A stretch of 64,000 bases of DNA. Origin: a virus. Taxonomy: Duplodnaviria > Caudoviricetes. Both the position numbers and the translations under genes were made by a program. The stretch is taken from positions 96,001-160,000 of IMG/VR virus record IMGVR_UViG_3300029305_005185. The stretch is one strand, 5' to 3'. Below, piece after piece: positions 23,041-35,937 of this stretch (position 1 is its first letter; each line of letters opens with the position of its first letter). The notes beneath the pieces are model-generated. The model worked only from the letters and a program-made list of their open reading frames with translations. It did no database searches and was not told the origin of the DNA.

Positions 23041-24570
23041 ATGGCGACAAATACGTTAAAAACACGTATTCAACATAAAAATGGTTCAGCTTCTGATTGG
23101 TCTTAGGCAACAACGTTCGTACCTCTAAAAGGCGAGCTTATTATATATAATGATGCTACTACACCAAAAATTAAGGTTGGTGACGGTGCAACACTAGTAG
23201 AAAATCTACCTTTTGTAGGTGCTTCTATTACAATGAATGGAGCAATAGCCTCCAGTCCAAGTTTTTACGCACCTACAACCGCTGGTACAGCGGGGCAGGT
23301 ATTAAAATCTAATGGTTCTGGCGCTCCTACTTGGGCGGCAGAATACAGTTATACTTTACCAACCGCCACATCATCAGTTCTTGGCGGTGTAAAAGTAGGT
23401 TCTAATATTACAGTATCCAGCGGTACAATTAGTTTGACTAAAGCGAATGTTACCGCGGCATTAGGTTATACACCACCAACAAGTGATACAAATACAACCT
23501 ATTCTGCTGGCACTGGTATTAGTTTAAGTGGTACTACATTCTCAAATAGTGGTGTTCGTTCTATTTCTACTGGTTCAAGCAATGGTACAATTAGTGTAAA
23601 TACTAATGGCACAAGTGCCAATGTTGCGGTAAAGGGATTGGGTAGCGCGGCGTATCTAGCTAGTACGGATTTGATTCATTCTGTATCTTTGGCTACAGAC
23701 GGTACTCTTAGAGTAAATAATGGTAGTGGTACTTCTATTCTTTCTTTAGGTAATTATTATTTAAAGCTTTCTGGTGGTACAGTAACTGGGAATATCAACA
23801 TTCAAGGTACAAGTTATCCATCTTTTTGCTTGCAACCAACTACTGCTAACAGTGCTGGAACATATACTGGAGGCTTCTTTGAAGGAAGTTATGTAGATAA
23901 TGTAAGTATGTGGGTATGGACTGATAGAAATAATAGCGCTAAATCTCGTCGTGGTTTAGTTTTATATGGTTATGCTTAGTAGACAAATGATAATTATGCT
24001 TTAGCCTTACGCAGATGTGATACCTCTGGTAATTGGCAGTCGGATTTAAATATACTTCATAGTGGTAATTTTTCTTCTTACGCTTTATCATTATCTGGCG
24101 GCACAATTTCTGGTAATTTAACTGTTACAGGCACTATTACTGGCACAAAAGTCTACGGTGCCGTTTGGAATGACTATGCCGAATATCGCTCTCAAAACGA
24201 AACTATCGAACCTGGCTACATCACCTATTGTGATGACGATGGCAAATTGAAGAAAACTGCCAAACGTCTCCAAAAATACGAAGGCGTTGTGTCCGATACC
24301 TTTGGTTTCGCAATTGGTGAAACTGACGATTGCAAAACTCCTCTTGCAGTATCTGGTCGTGCTCTTGTTTACTGCGACCCAGAAGAACACTTCCACTCTG
24401 GTGATTGTGTATGTGCTGGACCAAATGGTTTGGCGTATCGTATGATGAGAGAAGAAATTATTGAATTCCCTGACCGTATTGTTGGTGTTGTTTCTGAGAT
24501 TCCAACATATGAAACTTGGGGTACTGGAAATGTAAAAGTTGATGGTCGTATTTGGATAAAAATTAAATAA
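23041..24570 (+). CDS. Tail fibre/spike with Mtd_N and C-terminal peptidase G2-like autocleaving chaperone; 3 TAG
   Basis: TAG at 23104, 23977, 23980; GAVWNDYAEYR...GVVSDTFGF..PDRIVGVVSE. Confidence 0.85.
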
Positions 24571-24646
24571 TAATACCATTGATTTAATAATAGAATATTA
24601 TCCCGCCCAAGTATAAAATTTGGGCGGGAAGTTAAGGAGGATAGTT

Positions 24647-25169
24647 ATGACTTAGAAAAAAATTTTTAGACCAAGAAGGTGTGCAATATCTTTGGTCTAA
24701 AGTGTCTTTGCAAGACTACCCTAATAATGATACTTTAATTGCAGTTTTAAATGCAATTGATGAAACTAAAGCTGATAAGGAAGAAATTCCTTCAAAAATA
24801 AGTCAATTAGAAAATGATTCTAATTTAATGACTCAAGAATAGGCTGATAGCCTAGCCACCAATTACGATGCTGCTGGTTCTGCTGCTCAGGCGCTAGTAG
24901 ATGCCAAGGCTTATGCTGATGGTCTTGCTGGTAACTATGATGCTAAGGGTTCCGCCGCGCAGGCCCTAACCGATGCTAAGGCTTATAGTGATGGCAATTT
25001 AGGTGTTGCTAAGACTTATAGTGATACTAACTTGGCTGCGGCGAAGACTTATAGTGATGGTAACCTAAATACTGCTAAAGCTTATACCGATACTGAATTA
25101 GCCAAGGTAGTAGCACTATCTACTGAGGAAATTGACGCCGCAATCGCTGCTGCTACTCCTGCTAATTAA
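24647..25169 (+). CDS. Coiled-coil fibre-like protein; 2 TAG; apparent +1 frameshift in an A7 run at 24656-24662
   Basis: SD AAGGAGG, ATG ACT TAG; body FLDQEGVQYLWSK..AKAYAD repeats..LSTEEIDAAI is one base out of frame. Confidence 0.6.
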
Positions 25170-25204
25170 TCAGTTAGTTAATTTGGTTTCGGTGAGGGAT
25201 GTTT

Positions 25205-25405
25205 ATGCAAGTTGTAAGACTTTGTTAGAGAAATGACATTGAAGCTAATTGGAAGATTAGTAATCCCGTACTATATATGGGAGAAATCGCAGTTAGTATT
25301 GACGTCAATAATCTCAAAATCGGTGATGGAAAAACCGCGTGGAAAGACTTGCCATATTATATGTAGTCTCTAACCGATGAAGAAATTTTGGCGTTATGTA
25401 AATAA
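25205..25405 (+). CDS. Stand-alone Mtd_N-like protein (66 aa); 2 TAG
   Basis: C(Q)RNDIEANW.ISNPVL.MGEI......LKIGDGKTAWKDLPY; not in ORF track. Confidence 0.75.
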
Positions 25406-25493
25406 AAGGGGTGATTATTCACCCCTTTATTTTATTATAAAAATTTGACAAAAAGAAAAAATTATTTTATACTTAAAAGAAAAGAGGTATAAA

Positions 25494-26579
25494 ATGAGAG
25501 TTTCTTGTAATGATTTAAAAAGACAAATAAATAAATATTCTTCTGAGTTAGAAGAAAAATTATCTAATGTATTTTATAGTGGCTCTTATATTCTTGGTTA
25601 GGAAGTCGCAGCTTTTGAAGAAGAATTTTCTTCTTATTTGGATATTAAACATTGTATAGGAGTGGCTAGCGGATTAGATTCTTTAATTCTAGCTTTTTAG
25701 CTTTTAGGAATTGGCGCTGGTGATGAAGTAGTTATGGCGGCGAATGTTTATACAGCTTGTGCTTTAGCTGCCATTAAAAATGGAGCGATTCCTGTATTAG
25801 TTGATTGCAATGAGTATTATAATATAGATGTTTCTCAAATTGAAAAAGTTATAACACCAAAAACAAAGGCTATTTTAGCCGTCCATTTATATGGACAAAG
25901 TTGCGATATGGATGCTATAATGTCTATAGCAGAGAAATATAATTTATATGTTATTGAGGACTGCGCTCAAGCACATGGTGTGACTTTTAATGGGAAAAAA
26001 GTTGGTACTTTTGGTGATATTGGTTGTTTTAGTTTTTATCCAACTAAAAATCTTGGAGCTTTGGGAGACGGTGGTTGTCTAGTAACGAATAATGATGCTA
26101 TTGCTAAAAGGGGTCGTATTCTTCATAATTATGGCCAAAAAGAAAAAAATATTTTTGATGAAATTGGCATGAATAGTAGACTTGATGAAATTTAGGCTGG
26201 TTTACTAAGAATAAAATTAAAACATTTGGATGAAATGAATAAAGAACGAGAAGAAATTGCTAATTATTATTTACAAGAAATTCAAAATGATAATATAAAT
26301 TTGCCAAAAATACAACCAAAAAGTAGCTGTGTATGGCATCAATTTGTAATTAGTTCTAAAAGACGTGATGAATTAAAAGAATTTTTAAACGAAAAAAATA
26401 TAGAAACTCTTATTCATTATCCGTTGCCTTTTTATTTAAACAAAGCTTATAGTTTTTTAAAATATAAATAGGGAGACTTTCCCAATGCAGAGAAAAAAGT
26501 ATTGAGTTTACCGATGTTTATTGGTATTAATAAAAGTGAAAAAAAGAAAGTAGTGGAAACATTAAGGGAGTTTAATTAA
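25494..26579 (+). CDS. DegT/DnrJ/EryC1/StrS PLP-dependent nucleotide-sugar aminotransferase; 4 TAG
   Basis: [24 protein letters not shown] (PLP Lys), NSRLDEI(Q)A; promoter TTGACA 25445 / TATACT 25468. Confidence 0.92.
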
Positions 26580-26732
26580 TTAAATGAATAAGAAATTTAT
26601 TTATTCTACATTATTATATTCCGATGATTATATTGAGAACGAAATAAAAAATTTTGTTCTCTTATTTTTTTTACATTTTTATAATTTTGTGTTATAATAA
26701 ATCACAAAAGAAAAAAGAAAGTAGGAAAATCT

Positions 26733-27334
26733 ATGTTTAAACTTGGTCCTAAACGTTCTTGTCGTGAATGTGCTTGTCTTGCTCTTCATAAAGATGGGAG
26801 CGGCACTTGTTATCCTAATAGTCCTGACTGTGGAGCAGAATATGAATTAACAGCAGAAGAAATTAACACTCCCGAAGTATGTGATTTTTGGAGGAAAAAG
26901 AGCGATGAATTATGAGAATATTTTGAATTTATTAAAAGGTAACAATTATTATACCAGCGTATATAGTAATACACAATGGTATCCAGAAGATATAGCAGCA
27001 CAAAAATATATTGATGATAGCATTAGAAGTATTTGGTACTCTGATGGAAAGACTGAAATTGAAGTAAAGGAAGAGAAGAAAAATGCCGAAACCAAATCCG
27101 AAGTATGTTCCTCCAGCCAGCATCCCGACGACGGATGTATCTACTGGTAAGCTTTCTGAGAAGTGGGAAACAGCGGTATCTAATGGAGATACTTTTACTC
27201 ATCCGTATAATGGCAAGCCGTATATTAGACTTTCTATTGAATATGATGATATTAATAAGATTCGCAATGCTCTTCGTGTTGCGGAGAAGAATCCGAAGGT
27301 GGGTGTGAAGATTGACAAAGGAATCACTTGGTAA
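26733..27334 (+). other. Three small overlapping early ORFs (26733-26915, ~26905-27150, 27083-27334)
   Basis: Tightly packed + strand ORFs after an AT-rich promoter region. Confidence 0.55.
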
Positions 27335-28091
27335 TCGTGTAATTGATTGTAAGAAATACGCAGACAATATTCTAAACTCCATTTCTGGTGATGGCCGTCT
27401 TGCTATTATTAGTGTTGGAGAAAATGCCGCGTCAGAAGCATATATGCGCGGCAAGCAGAAAGATTGTGACCGCGTAGAATTTCATTGTTCTCGTCATCAT
27501 TTTCCTAACGGCACACTACAGAGTGCGATTGTTGATACGATTAGCATTTTAAATGAAGATGAACGAGTAACTGGTATTATTATTCAGTTGCCTCTCCCCG
27601 AAGGATATGATGAAGAATATCTTACTAGTTTGGTCTATCCCGAAAAGGACGTGGATGGTTTTGTAGAAGGTAGCCACTTTCAGCCTTGTACGCCCGAAGG
27701 TGTAATTTACATTGCTGAGCAAGAAGTGGGCGACCTTACCGGTAAGAATGTTGTAATTATTGGACGAGGAAAACTTGTTGGTCGTCCGTTGGTACAGATG
27801 ATGATTGATAAGAATGCTACTGTGTCTGTTTGTCATAGTAAAACTTCGGAGAATACAATAAAATATCTTACCGAAAAAGCGGACGTTATTGTTGTTGCTA
27901 CTGGTACTCCAGAAAGATGGCTCTTTAATAATTCTAATGCTATCGTAATTGATTGTGGCATTAGTCGTAATGCTGAAGGAAAACTTGTTGGCGATGTAGC
28001 CTATACTCCTGGCCGTTGTACTCCCGTGCCCGGTGGTGTTGGACTTATGACGAGAGCAATACTGATGAAGCATGTAGAAAGGAAAAAGTAA
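27312..28091 (+). CDS. folD: Bifunctional methylene-THF dehydrogenase/cyclohydrolase
   Basis: GIIIQLPLP, KDVDGF, PCTPEG, IGRGKLVGRPL, TPVPGGVGLMT. Confidence 0.93.
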   Translation: MTKESLGNRVIDCKKYADNILNSISGDGRLAIISVGENAASEAYMRGKQKDCDRVEFHCSRHHFPNGTLQSAIVDTISILNEDERVTGIIIQLPLPEGYDEEYLTSLVYPEKDVDGFVEGSHFQPCTPEGVIYIAEQEVGDLTGKNVVIIGRGKLVGRPLVQMMIDKNATVSVCHSKTSENTIKYLTEKADVIVVATGTPERWLFNNSNAIVIDCGISRNAEGKLVGDVAYTPGRCTPVPGGVGLMTRAILMKHVERKK

Positions 28092-31000
28092 TGGAAGATA
28101 TTAGTTTAGCCACAGATATTTGGCTACAATTTTTTAATAAAAATAAAGACCAAATGTATACAACGCTTAGTCAAGATAATGTTAATACTATGATTAACTA
28201 TCTCAATGCGGTAGAAAGCGTCATCATGGACTATCGGCGTGAGCGAGGAGATTTTAGTTGGTGAGAAGCGCGCTTGATGTAATGCGAGATAGTGTTCAAT
28301 CTTGGACTGTTGGATATGGAGAATACCAATACCCGACTTACACAATTGAAGGTGGCGGTCCAAAGTTTTTGGAATTTATTGAATGGCTAAAACGTACTCC
28401 ATATAAAGAATACGTATATGAACCTGTTGAACCAGTAAAGGAGCCAAAGGATGAAGGCATTAGTTGGTGAGAGTTATCCTCTTTATTATAAATATAAAGA
28501 CTTAACTTATTTGGATGCAATGAATTTAGATTATCGTCTTTCCGAATTGGACGATATGGGAGCATTTTCCGCCACAGAATATATTGTAATTAAACGAGCA
28601 TTGGAAAATACTTATCCATCATATAAACGATGGAGAGAAAGGAATATTAAAAATGGCTAAATATGTTCACCGTAGTGGTTTTGTTGAGGCAGAACTAACT
28701 ACAAATGGAACCTATATTATTAATGGTTCTACCTATATGACTGCCGAGCAGTTTAAACAAGAATTTATTGAGTTCCCTGAATCCCGAATTGGTGAGTGGC
28801 TTTTCTTTTCAAATCGTCCAGTCGACCTAACTAAAGAACGCTATAAAGGGCTTCATGAGTCTTGGGGCGAATGCTTTGAAAGTGGCTTTGAATGCTCTAT
28901 TTGCGGTGGTGTGGGAACTGCCGGCATGGGACCGCGAGGCGACATTCCTGAACAAGACAATTGGTCTATTGAAGATGAACGCTCACCTTTTTGTCCTCAT
29001 TGTGGTGCTAAAATGAAATATTGGAATGAAACTTATGAAGAATGGAAGGAAAGAAAAAGATGAAATATTTTTTGCCTTTAACTAATGGTATGATTATTGG
29101 TTCTGGTTTATATTTGCTTTATGAAATGTTTATTGGTTACGGCAACGTAATTGAAATCGCAGGCTTATTTGTTTTTAGCCTTATTTGTCGCGCCGTAGCC
29201 GGTATTTGGGAGAAGTAAAATGGAAGAAAAACGAGAACTTACTTGTCGCGATTGCGGGAATGTAGAAACTATTTATTATTGTAAAGCGCTTGCGACAGAA
29301 ATTGAAAATGAGAAGAAACTCGTTGAATGCCCCTATAGCCATAATTGGCAACGCGGCAATGCTCTATATATTTGGTATTGCCCCGAATGTGGCAATCAGT
29401 TATTGGCAGTGACCCCACCTGAAAAATGTCCTGAATGTAATACCCTTCTTGGAAGAAAAAATGTAAAATAAAGGAGAGAAAGAATTATGGGTTTTCTAGT
29501 TATTTGTGTATGGTTTTGTTTCCTATCTTATGTTGTTGGTGTAGTAGTTGGTGAACATCGCTCTGATCGCTATTGGCGTGAAAAGTGGTGGGAACTTCGT
29601 GAAGAATATATAAGCGAATACCCCGAATCTTTTGAGGATGACCCCGATGACGACGACGATGACGAGGAAGAGGAAGATGAGTCTACTAGGGACTAATTGT
29701 ACCAATTGTCGTAATAATGATTGTTGTTCTCTAATATTAGGTTTTCGTACTGCTTGGTGTAAAATTGAAAGTCTATATGAAAATTTGACAAAAGAATTTT
29801 ATTGTGGTACAATAACAATGAAATGTGATAATTATAGTCAGAAAGAAGAAAATAATAATGAATATGGATATGGACTTTGATAAAAAAGAACTGGCAAAAG
29901 AACTTGTTCACGCATGGGAAGAGGAACGAATAATTCTTCTTCCTGTGCCGATTGGCACAAAGGTTTGGCGTGTTCATTGTTCTTATGTGCCTAAAAGTGA
30001 TAACAAAAGTATTTACCGTAGTTGGGAAAAAACTTATGTTTATGATGAAGAAAAATATGAATTGTCTATGTATAACGCCGTAGATATTTATTTTTCAGAA
30101 GAATCTGCCCGCTTAGCAGTAAAGAGGTATATGAATGAAACCTGATTTTAGAACTTATATAACTACTATTGTTGAAAGAATGCGTAATGAAAAGAGTGTG
30201 GAAATGGAATTTATCAAAAAGAATATTGCTGAAAATAATTTCAACGATAGCAAAGAACTACAAGATTTAAAAGAAGCATTTTTGGTTAGTGGTTCGGCGT
30301 ATGCTATGCTTGACGCCCTTATGAAAGCTATTAATGATTATGATAGACTTGATGTAAAACTTAATTTAAAGAAGGTATTGAATTAATGGAAATGAGAGTT
30401 AATATTACCGAAATGGTAAAAGAATGTATTGATAAAGAGTTGAGTGATACAGTCGCTAATGTTGAAAAATTAACCGTAGATTCTTATGCGGTCAACAGTT
30501 GTTTAGCAGAAAAAGCAGACAAGAGTTATGTTGCAATTAATGAACAGCGCATTAATAATTTAGAACAAGAAACTCAGCCGGCGAATATGCTTGAGCATAT
30601 GCTTCAAGATTATAAACAGTTAGAAGCATATCAGGCTATTGGTACTCCTTATCGTATCAAGGAACGCATTGATACTATTACCAAAGAGCGAGATAAGTAT
30701 TACGATGAACGTAATGAATGGTTAGAGAAATATAGAGCGCTTTATGATGAAAAATTAGATATTCAAAGTAAGTCTGTTTATTTTGAAGAACTACGTAATC
30801 TTCTTTGCGATATGATGAATAACTATGAAAATTGCACGACCGGTCTAGCCAATGCCGACACCGGTACTGCTCGTTTCTTTTATATTAATGCTTTAAGTAA
30901 TGTTATGAATAAGATTGTAGAAATGGAGAGAAATAAGAATGGGTACTGTTAAATTTAATGATGGAAATTTTTATCTAAATGGAGAATATATTGGTAGTGG

Positions 31001-31872
31001 CAAATTTACGGGTGCCACGGAAACCATTCGCCATAAAGATGCTCGTATTAAGTTTCTTGAAGAACAGCTCATTCACGAACGAGCAAGAAGTGAAAAGTTT
31101 CTTCATGTTTTAAATGAATATGAGTCTGTCTTTAAAACTCCACAGGAAATGAAAGACTATGTTAATAAAACTGCTGAATTTAGCGCCAAAATGGCAAAGT
31201 TGAGACAGGAAGCCATTACTATTGATATGGTAGAGAAGGCGGCGTATGATATTATTCGCTGTTTTGTAAAAGAAGAGGATGCCAATCGCCGAACTCCTTG
31301 GGCTACCCATTGTAATGATGTTCTGGTAACTCTTATTACTACTCGTTTGGTGGAAAGGGTGAAGCAGTATGCGAAAGATTGATTTTGCGAATTGGTTTTG
31401 GGCGACAGTATGTGTGGCATATCTTGGCTCTATCATTTGGGGACTTATAGCCGCTTGGACTAAGCCTTGTTTTAATGTTTTAGAACGTATTGTTATGACT
31501 TTACTGATGCTTGTTTGAGGTGTATATGAATATTATTTTAGGTGTAATTGTCGGCGTTGGGTATTTATTTGTGAAGGCCATGGTAATTCGGAAACTAATC
31601 GTAGAGAACCCCAACATGTCGAAAAATGAGAAGATTGTCACTGCAGTAGCGGTGTTAGTGTAATGCTTACAAGTATAAATCGTGTTCCTATTATGAGTGA
31701 CGAAACAATTCTAAATGGTTTTCCAAGAGCGGATAAAGGAACTGTTATATATTTCCAAAAAGAAAGGGCTACCTATATTTATTATGGTGATGGCGAATGG
31801 CGATCTATTATGAATAATACTGATTATGAATATCATAAAGAAAAGAAAAAAGAAAAGGAAATTGTTTGGTAA
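28091..31872 (+). other. Cluster of ~15 short hypothetical early ORFs incl. zinc-finger proteins (28653-29063, 29220-29471)
   Basis: Coupled + strand ORFs ending TAA/TGA; CxxC motifs; promoter TTGACA 29785 / TACAAT 29808. Confidence 0.6.
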
Positions 31873-32052
31873 TGAATTATCTTTATGTCCTCGCCGCCAT
31901 TCCTCTTATTATGGTAGTGATTTTGATTTTATCATTATTTATTCCATATGAAATTTGACAAAAATCAAATTTTCATATATAATAATTACATAAGAAAGGC
32001 GATAAGAATAACTTTCTTATCGCCATTTATTTACTTGAAAGAAGGAAATTTT

Positions 32053-32580
32053 ATGGATAACAAGCCTACCCTTATTATTATGTGCGGTGTTCCCGGAGCA
32101 GGCAAGGATTATCATATTATGAATCATCGTTTCTTTGAAAATCTACGCGCGAATGTCGTGTCTCGTGATGCTATTCGTTTTAGCATGCTGAAGGATGGCG
32201 ATGATTATTTCAAGAATGAAAATAAGGTATTTAATCAGTTTGTTCGTGAAATCGTTGTTGGTCTTAATGAAGGTCGTAATGTAGTGGCTAATGCTACTCA
32301 TATTAACCGTGCTTCTCGTGATAAACTCATTAAGGCTATTGATGCGTGCGTATCCGTAAAGGATTATAATATTATGTTTTTTGTAGTTCAGGCTTCTTAT
32401 GAGACTGTTTTGAAGCAGAATAATCGCCGTGTGGGTCTGAAGCGCGTGCCTGATGATACTATTACTAATATGTTTAGCAAGTTTTCCATGCCTGGCTATC
32501 ATGAGGATAAGCGCATTACTGATGTTTATGTGCTTCGTAATGGAAAACTTATGAGAAAGGAAGGCGGTAATAATGGCTGA
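32053..32580 (+). CDS. AAA_33-type polynucleotide kinase-like P-loop protein
   Basis: MCGVPGAGK Walker A, SRDAIR, NATHINRASR; promoter 31955-31983. Confidence 0.85.
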   Translation: MDNKPTLIIMCGVPGAGKDYHIMNHRFFENLRANVVSRDAIRFSMLKDGDDYFKNENKVFNQFVREIVVGLNEGRNVVANATHINRASRDKLIKAIDACVSVKDYNIMFFVVQASYETVLKQNNRRVGLKRVPDDTITNMFSKFSMPGYHEDKRITDVYVLRNGKLMRKEGGNNG

Positions 32581-33127
32581 GATTTGGTTCTCGTCGGACC
32601 TTCATTTGAGTCATGACAAGGATTTCGTATGGAAGGAAAGAGGTTTTTCTTCTGTTGGAGAAATGAACGTCGCGCTCATTGATAATTTTAACGAATGCGT
32701 GCGAACGCAGGATACACTTTATCTTCTTGGTGATAACTGGCTTAACTGTTCGGTTGGAGAAGGTATTGCGCTCTTACACCAGATTAAGTGTAAGGACATT
32801 CGTTTTATTCGTGGCAATCATGATTCACCCAATCGTTGGGAATCATTGAAGGAAGTCGGCACTCCTATTGGTTGGGCGGAAATGATTAAGGACGCGAAAA
32901 AGTATTATTTGCTTTCTCACTATCCAACTCAAACCGCAAACTATGATGATGGATGGGGTAATGCTGTACGAAATCTTCATGGGCATAGCCATCAGAAAAG
33001 CCCATTAAGTGGTGATTTTCAGGTTAATGTTGGTGTTGATGCTTGGAATAATAGACCTGTTTCTTTTGGAGAAGTAAGGGAACTTTTGAATAAGAGTTAT
33101 TTTAGTGATGCTTTTAAGAAAGAGTGA
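32573..33127 (+). CDS. Calcineurin-like metallophosphoesterase
   Basis: SDLH, LGD, GNHD, HGHSH motifs. Confidence 0.9.
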   Translation: MAEIWFSSDLHLSHDKDFVWKERGFSSVGEMNVALIDNFNECVRTQDTLYLLGDNWLNCSVGEGIALLHQIKCKDIRFIRGNHDSPNRWESLKEVGTPIGWAEMIKDAKKYYLLSHYPTQTANYDDGWGNAVRNLHGHSHQKSPLSGDFQVNVGVDAWNNRPVSFGEVRELLNKSYFSDAFKKE

Positions 33128-33269
33128 TAATAATGCCTGATAAGAATAAAACCAAGCAACGTTCTTGGAAAGAAGTGAATGCCTCTATTCGTCGTAATTG
33201 GGGCGATGTAAAGCCCTATACACGAGTGCATGACTCTAAGAAGAATAAAAAGCCGAAGTATAAGAAGGA

Positions 33270-34863
33270 TTGGAGAGAAGAAGAATAATGTGGAAAAGAA
33301 CTTTTATATGGTTTCATGATATTTTTTGTATTTTTTCTGCTAATTTTAAAATGGCTATTAGCGGTGCTTTGTTGAGCGCCCTTGTAAAAGGGGAAATTTC
33401 TCCTTATTATTATATTCTTCTTGTTTTCATTGTAATTGACTGTTTTATTAATATTTGGGAGTCTATGAGATATGTATAAAGCAAAAGTTTTCAAAGGCGA
33501 TTATCTTGAATTGGAATTGAATAATCTTTTTAAAAAGTTTCCTGAAAATGCTAAAATTATTTCTATTGAATATATTACTTCTCCTTCTGGTAGTCTTAGC
33601 GGTGGGTATGGTAGGATTAATGCCGAGCTAAAGATTTTGGTGGTGTGGGAAGAATGACACGGAATGAGAACTTTAATATGATTATTAAGAAGTTCGTTCT
33701 TAATGAAGGTCTCCTCGCCGCCATAGTTGTCGGATATATATTAGGTGGCGGTTGTACTTTTATTGGTTTTATGGGTTATGCTTGTGAAACCATAGCCGAT
33801 TTGCGAGTTTGTTTTTTCGGTATTTTTATTTTAATTGTTACTGCCGCGTTCAATTGCCTTTGGTATTGTTTACAGAAATACGATAAGATGTATGGTCTTT
33901 TTAATGATTGGGAAGATGGATGCGATATATGTAAGAAATTAATAGCGGCGAGAAGTTATGATTCTGGCAAAGAATATGATATCACCATTAAAACTCATTT
34001 AGATGAGAAAAGATATATTTTTGTTAAGGGTTATCCTCTCTATTGTCCTCATTGTGGCAGAAAACTTTCATCTTTTAATACGCCGAGGTATTGGTAATGA
34101 ATAATTATTTAAATGTAAATGGTTGGCGCCTATCTGGCAAAGACGCCAAACGCCGTCGTGCCAAATTCCGCCGCCAACGTATTACTCGCGGTTTTAGCGA
34201 TTGGGATTGGTGGGACCTTGATTATTTTTTGTGTAATTTGTTAGCGAAGTCTTTGAGGCATTATGCTACGCATACGATTGGTCATAGTCCAGCAGTTGCT
34301 CCCACTTTTGAGGAGTATCAAGAACGCATTTTTCATCTTGCCGATATGTTTGAAGAAATGGCTAATTGGGAAGAAACCCATAATCCTACCGAGGAAGATA
34401 TTGAAAATGGGTTTAATTGGTATAAAGAAGATAGTGCTAAATTAGACGCACTCACTAAAAAGGCTTTCGCAGAATTGGGGGAAGTATTTTGGAGTCTTTG
34501 GGATTGACGGTTGATTTTGAGTTTTTTAAAGAATCTATGAATCATTTTCGTTGGCTTGATGAACAACAGCGGGCAATTGAAAAGATTTTTGATTGCGATA
34601 TTTATGGTGGTCCTATGCTTGCATGGAATAAAGAACTTAATCTGTGGCATCGTATTTTTAAAAAGGAACGGTCTATGGATTTACTTTTAAGTTTTGCTTC
34701 TTTCTATGGATTTGGAGAATTATCTAATGAATTTTCTTATGAATGGGTTCATGATATTAATGATGTTACAAAAGAAACTTTAAAATTAAATGTTCCCATC
34801 TCCGATGATAACTGGCTTAAAGTCATATGGGAAGCTCTTTTGCGTATTGAAGCAGTGGAATAA
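33270..34863 (+). other. Run of small hypothetical ORFs (membrane and zinc-ribbon proteins)
   Basis: Track ORFs 33270, 33472, 33645, 34091, 34489 with coupled starts/stops. Confidence 0.55.
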
Positions 34864-34933
34864 CCGCTTTATTTTTTTGACAAAAATAAAAATTTGTGAT
34901 AATATATTAATGTAATAGGAGGAAGAGATACTT

Positions 34934-35167
34934 ATGGTAAAGATAAATCTAAATGATGTAGATTATACTGAAAAATTAAATGAACTAAATTTCAGCAAAA
35001 ACTATGATAAAGAAGGAGAGTATTTCTCCCTCTACACCACTCTTCGCGGCGTGCCAGGTTCTACATTTACTATGACCGTGCGCGATAAGGGTAATTTGAT
35101 TAAGTTCTTCTAGGGTTGTCTAGAAGTTTTGAATAAAGAGGATGATGGAATATATGATGGATTCTGA
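34934..35167 (+). CDS. Hypothetical protein with one TAG (35111)
   Basis: SD AGGAGG; KFF(Q)GCLEVL resembles KYFLRECLRVI at the end of the next ORF. Confidence 0.55.
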
Positions 35168-35501
35168 ATTAAAGGAAGTGTATCTTACTTGCCAAGATAG
35201 ATGCACAACGTTGCGTTTCACTTATGACAATGATAAAAATTGGAACATTACTTCTTTTGAAATGTTAGACGATAGAGTAGTAAAGGGAACGCCTTTTCTT
35301 TGGCGGTTGAAGCGTGCTTGGCATGTATTGCGAGAAAAACCTTTATGTTATGCCGAAGTACTGGCTACCAATAATGAAAAAACCAAGTATTTTTTGCGTG
35401 AATGTTTGCGGGTAATTGAGGAAGGAGAAAATAAAAATGAAAAGTTTTGTTCGGTTCCTGATTGTAGCAACGATAATCATCACGGCGTGGTTTCTGATTG
35501 A
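35142..35501 (+). CDS. Hypothetical protein
   Basis: ORF track; SD AGAGG. Confidence 0.6.
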   Translation: MMEYMMDSELKEVYLTCQDRCTTLRFTYDNDKNWNITSFEMLDDRVVKGTPFLWRLKRAWHVLREKPLCYAEVLATNNEKTKYFLRECLRVIEEGENKNEKFCSVPDCSNDNHHGVVSD

Positions 35502-35937
35502 GACTTGTTTGCCTATTGGTGCTTTCGCAGAAGAATGGCCACAGACATATCCTATGTATGTAAATACTCGTTTACTTAATGGACGAGAACGTCCTTCAAT
35601 CAACTCTTCGCGCGAGGCTTGGTTTGAAAAAGGCGAAACCGTAGATGCTATTGAATTAAACGATACTGGTTGGGTTCTTGTTGAAGGTGGTGAAACCGGT
35701 GTTGTTTGGTGTAAGGCGGAATATCTTAGCGATAGCAATACTATTCGTGAATGGAAGAATATCAGTGGCGGTAGTGTAAATGTGCGAAAGAATCCTTCCT
35801 ATGATTCTAAACGTGTTGGACGAATTAAGGCGGGTCGCGTAATGCATATTACTGCCGAAGTGTTTGGTTGGGGATATATTAAAGACCAAGGTTGGGTAGA
35901 CCTTAGTTATTTTGAGGTAGTGGATGATGGAGAATAG
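35437..35937 (+). CDS. Secreted/membrane-anchored SH3b-domain protein
   Basis: Signal peptide; LNGRERPS and VNVRKNPS..S..VG SH3b motifs, GWVDLSY. Confidence 0.75.
   Translation: MKSFVRFLIVATIIITAWFLIETCLPIGAFAEEWPQTYPMYVNTRLLNGRERPSINSSREAWFEKGETVDAIELNDTGWVLVEGGETGVVWCKAEYLSDSNTIREWKNISGGSVNVRKNPSYDSKRVGRIKAGRVMHITAEVFGWGYIKDQGWVDLSYFEVVDDGE

Noticed and set aside
8657-26579. Fragmented structural ORFs as a decaying prophage or pseudogenes
   Set aside because: Apart from the A7 slip at 24656, breaks are TAG only, in frame and on Gln positions, and a CUA tRNA is present.
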